NCBI GenBank assembly: GCA_002269645.1
Contig: NIVC01000094.1
Span: 434,001-498,000 of the forward strand
DNA: 64,000 nucleotides
Origin: Macrostomum lignano
Taxonomy: Eukaryota
Reading direction: 5' to 3'
Part shown: positions 28,956 to 40,529 of the stretch, in pieces
Numbering within the stretch: position 1 is the first letter of the stretch
Layout of the letters: every line of letters starts with the position of its first letter
Notes under the pieces: generated by a model
Databases searched by the model: none
What the model was told of the DNA's origin: nothing
The model's input: the letters and a program-made list of their open reading frames with translations, nothing else
Translations under genes and position numbers: made by a program

Positions 28956-29674
28956 GGGTACATGTAGAGTGGTGGAAAGCCATGACTTATTAAACTCTGA
29001 AGCGCAGTCTCCCTATACCCAAGCCCAAGTATTTATTCCCCTAAATTTTGCCTAATCTCGTCAATCGCTTTTTCGCTCTATAGCTGTTTAGTTCACGTGC
29101 TATTGCCGAGTGTAATCAGACAGACTTTTTATGATTCATTGTTGCGCGTTTTTACTACTACTCGTACTGAGTAGTCTGTTGATTGATAAACATATTTCAA
29201 CTTGTTATTCGAATTTATTTATTCTCGATAATAGCTGAATTCGAGCCACCTTTGTCACAACAGAGAAAAGTTTTAGACCACTGCGCCACTGCAGCCACGT
29301 GTTTTCAGTGAGCGGTCCTGCCATTTTATACTGAGGCTTTGATCTGCCATTGAGAAATATTTGCTTTTTTGTAGACTTTCAGTTTGCTGAGAAAGTGTCT
29401 TTTGAAAGTCAATTTAGTATTTTCATATTTATATCAATTCTAACCCTTGTTTATCTTGATGCCAAGAAATATAGTCATTTGAATCCCGTAGCATTTCCCA
29501 GCGCCGGTTAGCAACAAGTATTATTTAACCATTGCTAATGAAGCCAAAATCATGCCTTGAAATCAAATCATTTTTAGACCTTAGCAAGTGTTAAGATTTT
29601 TTAAAATAATATACTAAGTTACCGTTGCTTCTAGATACGAGGCGTCTTAGATTTCTATTTTTTTTTCTGTACAG

Positions 29675-30223
29675 TTAAGATGTACACAGCATAAGATTCT
29701 GTACAGTTAAGATGTACACAGCATAGGATTCTGTACAGTTAAGATGTACACAGCATAAAATTCTGTACAGTTAAGATGTACACAGCATAATATTCTGTAC
29801 AGTTCAGATGTACACAGCATAGGATTCTGTACAGTTCATGTGTACACAGCATATGATTCTGTACTGTTTAGATGTACACAGCATAATATTCTGTACAGTT
29901 AAGATGTACACAGCATAGGATTCTGTACAGTTCAGATGTACACAGCATAGGATTCTGTACAGTTCAGATGTACACAGCATAGGATTCTGTACAGTTCATA
30001 TGTACACAGCATATGATTCTGTACTGTTTAGATGTACACAGCATAAGATTCTGTACAGTTCAGATGTACACAGCATATGATTCTGTACAGTTCAGATGTA
30101 CACAGTATAGGATTCTGTACAGTTCATATGTACACAGCATATGATTCTGTACAGTTTAGATGTACACAGCATAAGATTCTGTACAGTTCAGATGTACACA
30201 GCATAGGATTCTGTACAGTTCAG
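29675..30223 (+). repeat. 32-bp minisatellite (ctgtacagttcagatgtacacagcataggatt)n
   Basis: About 17 copies, ending at the putative COLGALT acceptor. Confidence 0.93.
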
Positions 30224-33200
30224 ATTCACTCGCAAGCACTTTCCTTCAGCTTCTCTCGCTTTGGCCTCATCTTCTGCTTTGCTGCATCGCAGCGGCTGTC
30301 GGCTTGGCCTCAGCCTCCTTAGCCAGCCTATCAGCCTCATCATCCTCAACTAGTGCGCCATCAATTCTGGTGGCTGTGCCGGCGCGCAACAAGGCGCACT
30401 CGCTGGGCCGCGCTCTGGCCTGCCTGCGGCGCCAGCGCTACCCGAAACGTCGCCTCGGCCTTCTGCTGATGACGGACCACAGCTCTGACGGCTCCGCCGC
30501 GGTGGCTGCCGACTGGTGCCGAGCCCTCCGACCCTGGTACGCCTTCGTGCAGCTGGTGGTGAGTCCGGAACTGTTCTCAATGATTCAGCAAGTAGAAAGC
30601 GAAACTCTTAGCAATTCATTTGTTTGCAATGGGAATAAAACCCAACTTAGACGCTGAGTAGAAAATAATTGAAGGACTGGTCCGAACAGATTGAATAGTG
30701 TGGTTGCAAAAGTCCAACGGCATAACAGAGGCATAATCCACCCCAGCATGTACGCAGGCCCTGCAGTACCCCCTGCCCAGCACCACCCACCCCAACATGA
30801 ACGCAGGCCCTGCAGTACCCCCTGCCCAGCACCACCCACCCCAACATGAACGCAGGCCCTGCAGTACCCCCTGCCCAGCACCACCCACCCCAACATGAAC
30901 GCAGGCCCTGCAGTACCCCCTGCCCAGCACCACCCACCCCAACATGAACGCAGGCCCTGCAGTACCCCCTGCCCAGCACCACCCACCCCAACATGAACGC
31001 AGGCCCTGCAGTACCCCTGCCCAGCACCACCCACCCCAACATGAACGCAGGCCCTGCAGTACCCCCTGCCCAGCACCACCCACCCCAACATGAACGCAGG
31101 CCCTGCAGTACCCCCTGCCCAGCACCACCCACCCCAACATGAACGCAGGCCCAGCAGTAACCCCCTGCTCAATGCCACCCACCCCAACATGAACGCAGGC
31201 CCTGCAGTACCCCCTGCCCAGCACCACCCACCCCAACATGAACGCAGGCCCTGCAGTACCCCCTGCCCAGCACCACCCACCCCAACATGAACGCAGGCCC
31301 TGCAGTACCCCCTGCCCAGCACCACCCACCCCAACATGAACGCAGGCCCAGCAGTAACCCCCTGCTCAATGCCATCCAATTAAAAGAAGAGCTCTCAATG
31401 GAGCCGCTGTTACGTCTGGCTAACTCGGCCTAAAGTAGCCCAAAGACGAGTCGCATTTGATCAGTTCGAGCATTATTTAAGTAGCTTTGGCTAGTCACAC
31501 AAATCGTAACTTAGTCAAGCTTCTAAGGCATTCTGGGGCCTAAGTTTCTAACCATACTGCTGGCAGTAGCGCTACAAGAGTTTGGCTGCTTTCCCCGCCC
31601 TCAGGAGGAGACGGAGCCCGCCTCCTACCCTGGCGAGACCGACCAGCTGCATTGGCCGGAGGCCCGCATGCGCCACCTGCTGCGCCTTCGTCAGCGAGCC
31701 CTGACTGCTGCCACCAGACTCGGCTTCGACTTCCTGCTTCTGCTAGATGCCGACGCGCTGCTGACCGAGCCGACAACCCTGTCCGCCCTGGTCGCTCTCG
31801 GCCGCCCAGCCGTCGCTCCGCTGCTGCTCACCGGCCGGCCGAATTCTCTGGCCGCGAATTTCTGGTCAGCCATCGGCCCGGACGGATATTACAGGCGCGG
31901 CCGGGACTACGCCAGGGTGCAGGCCCGCCAGCCCGGCTGGGTTGGACTGCAGCCGGCCGCCGTGCTGCACACCTGCGTGCTGCTGCGCACCCGGCTGGGC
32001 GTCGCACTGCACCCTCCGCCTGCCGACTATCCGGCCAGCTGGCCCATTGACGACCTGCCGCTGTTCTACTGGGTTGCCCGGCGGCTCCGGCCTCGCATTG
32101 ACAACCGACGAGTGTACGGCTTTTATCCGCCATCTCCGGAGTCGATTGACGGCCTGTCCGCAGCCCTGCTGGAGCGGGGCGCCTTCCGACGCCTGCTGAC
32201 CGACCTGCGGGATCAGCTGGCGACGCCTGTTCCGCATCCTCATCCGCATCCACATCCGCATCTGCATCCATATCCGCATCCGCATCCGCGTTCATATCCG
32301 CATCCGCATCCTCATCCGCATCCATATCCGCATCCGCATCCGCGTTCATATCCGCATCCGCATCCTCATCCGCATCCACATCCGCATCCGCATCCACATC
32401 CGCATCCGCATCCGCGTTCATATCCGCATCCGCATCCTCATCCGCATCCACATCCGCATCCGCATCCGCATTCATATCCGCATCCGCATCCGCATCGGGA
32501 TCCGCCGCCCGTGTTTATCATTGGCCTCGCGCGCCGTCCGGAGCGCCTTGCTCGCCTGTCTGCCGCCCTGTCGGACGCCGGCTGGCCGTATCAGCCGGTG
32601 CGCGCAGTCGACTGGCGCAGCCTTCGTCGCCGACGCCGCCGGAGACCGCTGCGGCAGCTGCCCGGCTACCGGGATCCCGCAACCGGCCGGCCGCTGACTC
32701 TGGGCGAAGCCGCCTGCCTGATGAGCCATCGGACTGTCTGGCGGCGAATTCGTCGGCTCCGGCTGGCCCGCGCCATCGTTCTGGAGGACGACGCCGACTT
32801 GTCGGCCGAATTCGAAGCGCTGGTGGAGGCGGCTCTCGCCGAAGCCGACGCCCTGCCCGCCTGGGACCTGCTGTACCTGGGCCGCAAGCCGCTGCTAGCG
32901 GGCGCGGAGACCCGAGTGCCGGGCAGCCGCTGGCTGGTGAGGCCGAACTACTCGCACTGGACGGTGGCCTACGTGCTCAGCCTGTCGGGCGCCAGGAAGC
33001 TGCTCAGCCTGCGCTCGCTGCCCAACCGTCTGCTACCTGTTGATGAGCTGCTGCCTGCCGCCTCAGGCGTCAGCCCGCACTTTTGGTCTAGCGATGCTGT
33101 CGGGTTGTCTGCCGACCGGCTGGCGGCCCTGTCCATCTGGCCGCTGCCGGTGGAGCCGCACAGGTACACCGGGATGCCGGGTCACCGGAGCGACACCGAG

Positions 33201-33287
33201 GATGCGCCTCCGCTTTGGTCACCGGAGCGGCTGGCCTTTGAGCGACTCGTTTTTGAGTCCAACTGGTGTCCGCGGCCTGAGTTCTGA
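30224..33287 (+). CDS. COLGALT1: Procollagen galactosyltransferase (COLGALT/GLT25D, GT25 family)-like; exons ~30224..30558 and 31605..33287; start codon not located
   Basis: Signal-like [23 protein letters not shown]; [14 protein letters not shown]...YPK; E.T.PASYP...HWPEAR..H...LRQ.AL; LLLDAD; NFW; [13 protein letters not shown]; GEAACLMSH; LEDD; WDLLYLGRK; [11 protein letters not shown]; C-terminal PEF. Donor GTGAGT at 30559, acceptor at 31604, phase 0. Confidence 0.88.
30740..31375 (+). repeat. 49-bp minisatellite in the COLGALT intron
   Basis: ccctgcagtaccccctgcccagcaccacccaccccaacatgaacgcagg, about 13 copies. Confidence 0.94.
32232..32496 (+). repeat. (CATCCG)n hexamer repeat, in frame within the COLGALT exon, encoding ~88 aa His-Pro
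   Basis: ORF 31668..33287 is uninterrupted; no strong GT/AG flanks the repeat. Confidence 0.9.
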
Positions 33288-33699
33288 GGGCTCCGGCTAC
33301 TTTTGTACTTTTGCATAAGTGCACATGTACTCCTCTTCAGCATTTGTCTGCTTTATTAACCAAGGTTTAGTTTTTTACATACAAGCTTTGCGGCTAAAGT
33401 AAATGTGATTTTTATCGGCAGCTGTTCAAAGTACCCACTGATGCACAGCACTAAAATTGCCTTTGAATTGCCTGTTTTAACTCTAAATTGCATTTCAGTA
33501 TTATTGTTTGACACCGTCTGACTGGTACCGTTAATATGAATGAATTCAATTCGAAATAAACGCGTACAGATGGCCAGTCCAAAGCACTGTAGCGTTATTT
33601 AATTACTTAATATAAATAATTCGTTTCTAAACATTTTTTTTACTTTTACTGCGCTTTTCTACTTTTTGAAGCTACCAAAACTCCTGGAGGTCTTTCGTT

Positions 33700-34175
33700 A
33701 CTTTGACCTCCCTTACCTCTCTGACCTCTTTTCTCTCTCTCTCTCTCTCTGACCTCCTTTCTCTGACCTCCCTTCTTCTCTGACCTCCCTTCTTCTCTGA
33801 CCTCTCTTCTCTCTGACCTCCCTCCCCTCATTGACCCTCCTCCCCTCTCTGACTTCCCTCCCCTCATTGACCCTCCTCCCTTCTCTGACCTCCCTCCTTT
33901 CATTGACCCTCCTCCCCTCTCTGACTTCCCTCCCCTCATTGACCCTCCTCCCTTCTCTGACCTCCCTCCCCTCATTGACCCTCCTCCCTTCTCTGACCTC
34001 TCTTCTTCTCTGACCTCCCTTCTTCTCTGACCTCCCTTCTTCTCTGACCTCTCTTCTCTCTGACCTCCCTCCCCTCATTGACCCTCCTCCCCTCTCTGAC
34101 CTCCCTCCCCTCATTGACCCTCCTCCCTTCTCTGACCTCCCTCCCCTCATTGACCCTCCTCCCCTTCTGACCTCC
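33700..34175 (+). repeat. CT-rich ~36-bp minisatellite
   Basis: ctctgacctccctcccctcattgaccctcctccc variants. Confidence 0.88.
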
Positions 34176-34639
34176 CTCGTTATTACAAGAGAGCAGACAA
34201 ATTTTGCCGTTCACTTAGAAGCAATAACATAAGCCGTTAAAGTGCATCAATCATGATAGTTAAGTGACGTCGCTACAGATCCAATTTTCATTTACAAATG
34301 GGAATTACGAGTATTATCTAGGGATTGGGAGGTTTATTGCCTCTCCTTGTAGACGTCAGATGTTACTCAAATGGGATCAGACTGCTCCAGTCCTGATTCA
34401 GAAATTAATAGCCTTCTCTGGCAATCTCTTAACTTTGTAGCTGTCTGTCTGTTTTGGTGTGTCGGGGTTTTCTGCCAGGATTTTTTACTTAGGAAGTAGA
34501 AGTGCCAAAGGGAATTGTACCCCAGCAGCTTAACCGAAAAAATAGCAATTTTCCTCAGTAGTAATACCGCCAATAAGAATTACCCCTGTTGGTAATTCTA
34601 CTGGATCTACTGGAGGTAATAAACAGTAGATCAGTTGAA

Positions 34640-35200
34640 TCACTGGGGAGAATTCCCCTAGCAGTATTACCACCAAAGAGAATTCCCCTAGCAGTATTAC
34701 CACCAAAGAGAATTCCTTCTAGCAGTATTATCTCCAAGGAGAATTCCCCTAGAGGTATTACCACCAAAGAGAATTCCTCTATCAGTATTACCACCAAGGA
34801 GAATTCCCCTAGCAGTATTACCTCTAAGGAGAATTCCCCTATCAGTATTACCACCAAAGAGAATTCCCCTAGCAGTATTACCTCCAAGGAGAATTCCCCT
34901 AGCAGTATTACCTCCAAGGAGAATTCCCCTATCAGTATTACCACCAAAGAGAATTCCCCTAGCAGTATTACCACCAAAGAGAATTCCCCTATCAGTATTA
35001 CCACCAAGGAGAATTCCCCTAGCAGTATTACCTCTAAGGAGAATTCCCCTAGAGGTATTACCACCAAAGAGAATTCCCCTAGCAGTATTACCTCCAAGGA
35101 GAATTCCCCTAGCAGTATTACCACCAAGGAGAATTCCCCTAGCAGTATTATAACCAAGGAGAATCCACCTAGCAGTATTACCGCTAAGGAGAATTCCCCC
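34640..35200 (+). repeat. 30-bp minisatellite (gagaattcccctagcagtattaccaccaaa)n
   Basis: About 18 copies; KENSPSSITT pseudo-ORF. Confidence 0.93.
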
Positions 35201-35774
35201 TAGCAATGGTAGTACCGATAAAAGTTTCTCTAATCTGTAGAACTACCACGTAGAATCCTCCGCTGTAATAGAACAGCCAAGGGGAATTCCCTAACAAGCA
35301 ATCCTAGAAGAACTGTAACCAAGCAAAAGTTATTCTAGCGAAGGAAATTACCTCCAGGTGTAATTCTCATGGTCTCAAACGCTGTTGACATGACTTCAGA
35401 TGAGTCATGTTTCACCCTCATCGCCAGCCTGACAATATTCACACTCACAATCTGAGCACAATAGTTGCCAGGCTTATTATTTTACTCAGCATTATGCTCT
35501 CATAAATCGCCAGCCCTAAAGAAAGAAGCAGAGCCGATCCCAGAGGGCCGGCTTCAGCCAGGCAGTAAAAGGCTGCACCTCATAGGTCCAAGTTTTGGCC
35601 GGGGCAGCAGCCCCCTCCCGACGCGTGCTGCATTTGCGCGGAATTTCAATGCACCAGCTGGCTTCGCTGAGCTTCTGCCGCGAGAGACGGTGCGAGTCAG
35701 TCAGGCTGCTAAAATTCATTACCGGAGAGTCCGGCTCAGGTCTCAGCAAGGAGCTCTAGTGATCGGTCGGCTGT

Positions 35775-36330
35775 ATACAGATCTAGCTGCGTCTACAGGT
35801 CTACTCAATCTACAGATCTAGCTGCGTCTACAGGTCTAGTCAATCTACAGATCTAGCTGCGTCTACAGGTCTACTCAATCTACAGATCTAGCTGCGTCTA
35901 CAGGTCTACTCAATCTACAGATCTAGCTGCGTCTACAGGTCTACTCAATCTACAGATCTAGCTGCGTCTACAGGTCTACTCAATCTACAGATCTAGCTGC
36001 ATCTACAGGTCTACTCAATCTACAGATCTAGCTGCGTCTACAGGTCTACTCAATCTACAGATCTAGCTGCGTCTACAGGTCTACTCAATCTACAGATCTA
36101 GCTGCGTCTACAGGTCTACTTAATCTACAGATCTAGCTGCGCCTACAGGTCTTTAATCTACAGATCTAGCTGCGTCTACAGGTCTACTTAATCTACAGAT
36201 CTAGCTGCGTCTACAGGTCTACTCAATCTACAGATCTAGCTGCGTCTACAGGTCTACTTATTAATCTACAGATGTAGCTGCGTCTACAGGTCTACCTAAT
36301 TTACAGTTCTAGCTGCGTCTACAGACGTAC
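35775..36330 (+). repeat. 35-bp minisatellite (tctacagatctagctgcgtctacaggtctactcaa)n
   Basis: About 16 copies upstream of the channel gene. Confidence 0.93.
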
Positions 36331-36473
36331 TCTTTCTGTAGATCTAATCTACCTAAGTAGATCTAGTTGCGATCTGCGATATCTATAGATCTATACAGTG
36401 ATTACCTATAGATCTGCTACATTTAGATACCAATCTACAGATCAAGAAGAGAATCTACGGACCTGCCAATCAG

Positions 36474-39400
36474 ATGCAGGTGCTGGACATCTGCTTCCAC
36501 AGCCAGCCACCCTTCTCCGACTGGCGCCAGCCGCAGCAGCGGGCTGCCAACCTCTCGATCAGCGGCGGCGACATCGGCGACCTCAGCGACGGCATCGAGG
36601 GTGTCTTCTGGGACCTGGCGCGGTCCGGTCTCGACCAGTGCGCCGCTGAATGGCGCGGCCCCGGCGCCTTCAGCTACCGGCTGAACCAGCTGAGCAGCGA
36701 GAGCAGGCTGCTGGCCGCCACTGCCGAAGGCGACTGCAACGTCGGGTTCCCGGCGACCTGGACTCCGCTGATGGACCGGCTGGCCGCGGTGCAGTTCCTG
36801 CCTATGGCCAGGTCGCCAGGTCTGGCCATTCTTGGACATTTTTGAAGGCCGATGTTTGCAATTTTACGTCTGAAAGGAAGCCACTGAGCATTAAGAACTC
36901 AAACACAGATCTTAACTTATTTAACTTATTAGATTAAATTAAGAGATGCTTATTACTGCCCTCAACAATGCCCTTATCAGTGCCCTTATCAGTGCCCTTA
37001 TCAGTGCCCTTATCAGTGCCCTTATCAGTGCCCTTATCAGTGCCTTTATCAGTGCCCTTATCAGTGCCCTTATCAGTGCCCTTATCAGTGCCCTTATCAG
37101 TGCCCTTATCAGTGCACCTAGTCGGTTATTAGAAATGTCCCATCTAATGGGCCCTGCATGGGCCAGCGACGCCCGTCTCCATCAGAACCTCCTCACTTCC
37201 AGGAGCGGTCTGGCTGGACACAACTGGCGGCCCGCATGCTGACGACGGCGCGTGGCAGCTGCGCACCGTGGCGCAGGCCTGGCCGCTGCTGCTTGTCATC
37301 CTGCTGTCTTGCGGCTACGCCGGCATCGCCATCTGGCTGCTGGAGCGGCTGCGCAACTCGCAAGAATTTCCCAGGCCGTTCGTGCGCGGCTTCTGGGAGG
37401 GCTGCTGGTGGGCCTTCATCACCATGACTACTGTTGGGTAAGTAATTTGGTTTGGAATTGGCTTTGCTTGGAAGTTTGGAACCACACACTCCACTCCAAT
37501 CACAATATACTAAATCTCTAATAGCTACTTAATTCTGATAGAACCCACCTCACTCCGCTAGCACCCACCTCACTCCGCTAGCACCCATCTCACTCCGCTG
37601 ATACTCACCTCACTCTGCTAGAACCCACCTCACTCCGCTGACACCCACCTTACTCCGCTAGCACCCACCTCACTCCGCTAGCACCAACCTCACTGCTCTA
37701 GCACCCACCTTACTCCGCTAGCACCCACCTCACTCCGCTAGCACCCACCTCACTCCGCTAGCACCCACCTCACTCCGCTAGCATCCACCTCACTCCGCTA
37801 GCACCCACCTCACTCCGCTAGCACCCACCTCACTTCGCAACATGTCCATTCAACCCCCGTCGCCCAGCTACGGTGATCGGTCGCCCAGCTACGGTGATCG
37901 GTCGCCCAAGTCAGTGTGCGGCCGTCTGTTCGCCTTCGCTTGGATCAGCTTCGGCCTGGTTGCCGTGTCAATGTTCACCGCTGGCATCACTGCGGCGCTC
38001 AGCGCTCAGGGCATGCAGCAGTTTGATGACGCCAAACTTATCGATGCGGGGGTGAGGCTGGTTTTGGCAGTTGCAGCGCATTTTCGCGTGGCAATAATAC
38101 CTGTGCTACTCATTCATTCTCATTGGTACCCTGCTCGCACTGCAGATGATTGTGCTGGACGGATCGCACGAGGAGAGCTTGGTTTACGAGTTCGGTTCTG
38201 CCCCTGTTGGTGAGGCGGCTTGAGTCTGGTGATGAAGCTTGGTTGTTCCCTCTCCCTTGACGCCTCTCCCTTCACGCCTCTCCCTTCACGCCTCTCCCTT
38301 CAGGCCTCTCCCTTCACGCCTCCCCCTTCATGTCTCTCCCTTCATGATCCCTTCATGCTTCTCGGATCATCGCAGTCGTGCCCACCTGGACCGATCTGGT
38401 TTCTGCTGCCGCGTCGTCGCCTCCTAAGAGCCGCCTGTCCTCGCCGTCCAACGACACTCAGGGGATCTCGCAACCTCCGCACGGCGTCCTGATGGAGCAT
38501 TTCATGTACCTTCACGTCCGCCAGCAGCACCCGCACCGCTTGCGGGCCTCCGCAGCCGCCGGCGTCTCCCAGCCGATGCTCGTTAGGCGGCCCACTCTGC
38601 GGGGCTTCCTCATCCGCGGCCTGCCCGACAAACTGTCCGAGAGTCTTGCCAGCCGCCTCCTCGGACAGCAGCTCAGCGTCTACGGACGGCTGGCCGGGCT
38701 GGCGCACGCGGACGAGGAGATCGGGGTGACTCGAGAGGATTCGGGTGGGATTCGGGTGGGATTCGGGCGGGATTCGGGTGGGATTCGGGTGGGATTCGGG
38801 TGGGATTCGGGTGGGATTCGGGCGGGATTCGGGTGGGATTCGGGTGGGATTCGGGTGGGATTCGGGTGGGATTCATGTGGGATTCGGGTGGGATTCGGGT
38901 GGGATTCAGGTGGGATTTCCATTGGATTCGGGCGGGATTCGGGTGGGACTTCCAGTGGATTCGAGTGGGACTCGGGTGAGATTCGAGTGGGATTCCATGG
39001 GATTAGGATGGGAGTCGTGGGAGTTCATATAGATTCGTCTGAGATTTTATCAGGAAGAGGTCGGCGATGGCTCCTGAGGTGTTACATGCGAGTGCAGCTG
39101 CACATGATGAAGGCTCTGGCTTCGACTTGAAGGAGAATCCTCAGGGATTTCTCATGATTTAAAAATGTTGTTCATCCTTCGAGATCACTCAGCATTGATG
39201 CAACATCGCGAGTTCCCGAGATCCCGGATCCTCTCCGCTGCCGCATGCCGATGGGAAAACAGAATGCATGCGAACTTCGCTCGCTAAATCCAATCTCTGG
39301 GATGCAAAATTTTCATTTGCGGCCAGCTCTAAGTGGGACCATGCAGGGCTGATCTGGCTTCTGTCGCGGCTGTCCATCCGCACTTATTTATCTGCTGATC

Positions 39401-40344
39401 AGCTGAAGCTCGCTACCCCCCCCCCACTCAGACTGCAGGCCTTTCATCAGTTGTCTAAATCTTCTCGAATTCCTTTTCTTTTCATTCGAGTCTGTGCACT
39501 ACAGACTGCCAGCAAACTTCAGTTATCAGAATAAGTTATTTCCTTTCTTTTCCTAGGTTTTTCCCAAAGAATCCTGATAATTATAAAAAAGTTTGCACAA
39601 AGCCTCATGCTATGACTAAGGCATAAGAATTTGAGTTGCTTGCTTCACTTTTGAACGGACGGGCAGTGAGGCGAGTGTCTGAGGGAGTGGGGATCTGAGC
39701 ACACTGGCAGTGAGGCGGGTGTCTGTGGGAGTGGGGATCTGAGCACACGGGCAGTGAGGCAGGTGTCTGAGGGAATGGGGATCTGAGCACGCTGGCAGTG
39801 AGGCAGGTGTCTGAGGGAGTGGGAATCTGAGCACACTGGCAGTGAGGCAGGTGTCTGAGGGAGTGGGGATCTGAGCACACTGGCAGTGAGGCGGATGTCT
39901 GTCCCGCATTTCAGCCACCCGAAGATCCACAGAGCCCGGAGGTGGTGGCCCGCTCCCTCTTCGTTGCCAACCGGCTGCAGCTGCTGGCGCTGGCGGTCTG
40001 CCTGGCGCTGCTGCTGGCGCTCCTGTTCGCCTGGGAGAAGCTGCGCTGGGCACCAAGGAATCCGCACTACCAGTGTAAGACTGCCGATTCCCACTTGGCC
40101 TCACTGCAGTTTTTCTCGCTACAAGTCATCTTCCCAAATTTCAGACGTGGAGCGCAACTGGAAATACGAGCGTCAGCGCAAAGACGCGGAGCTGCAGCAC
40201 CTGCGGATGCAGGCGCTGGCTTCGCCGAATTCGAGAAGTCGGCGGCTTCAGAGGCTTCGACTAAACCGGGACCAGAAGTCGCAGCCGCCGCAGCCGCCGG
40301 TCCAAATGGAGGCTGCAGATGAAGCTGGTGATGTCTGTGCATGA
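36474..40344 (+). CDS. iGluR-architecture ligand-gated channel with K+ channel filter (GluR0/AvGluR1-like), ~505 aa: join(36474..36819,37203..37437,37889..38051 [alt 37868],38146..38209,38376..38725,39915..40074,40145..40344)
   Basis: Spliced translation: S1 ...VGFPATWTPLMDRLAAVQFLPMARSPG; M1 AWPLLLVILLSCGYAGIAIWLLE; pore FWEGCWWAFITMTTVG|YGDRSPKS; M2 LFAFAWISFGLVAVSMFTAGITAALS; S2 MIVLDGSHEE...GVLMEHFMY; last TM LQLLALAVCLALLLALLFAW. All six junctions are GT-AG and phase-compatible, total 1518 nt. The 5' end may be incomplete. Confidence 0.85.
36960..37116 (+). repeat. 12-bp repeat (agtgcccttatc)n in channel intron 1
   Basis: About 13 copies. Confidence 0.93.
37545..37835 (+). repeat. 20-bp repeat (gcacccacctcactccgcta)n in channel intron 2
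   Basis: About 14 copies. Confidence 0.92.
38738..39000 (+). repeat. 11-bp repeat (gggattcgggt)n in channel intron 5
   Basis: Starts 12 nt after the donor at 38726. Confidence 0.92.
39660..39898 (+). repeat. 44-bp repeat in channel intron 5, ending just before the acceptor at 39914
   Basis: ggcagtgaggcaggtgtctgagggagtggggatctgagcacact, about 5.5 copies. Confidence 0.9.
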
Positions 40345-40529
40345 ATGCAGCTCGAATCGATTCACCAAGATTCAAATTGCTTTTTTAGTAAAAGCAGAGA
40401 AAGCGGTCAGCTTTTTCTTGTTACATGTGCATGTGGCTCGCTCTTACCCAATGGTCATTTCCGATTGATTTGACCTCTCATTAAGAAAAAACACTGCCAT
40501 CTTATTCTGTCCTTCTATATCTCTGAGCC

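Noticed and set aside
35640-35700. Possible upstream exon MHQLASLSFCRET (donor GTGCGA) for the channel gene
   Set aside because: Phase-compatible but supplies no signal peptide and has no independent support; left out of the model.
36474-40344. Bacterial contamination or recent HGT as the source of the GluR0-like gene
   Set aside because: Six canonical spliceosomal introns carry the same style of repeats as neighbouring host genes; an ancient transfer is not excluded.
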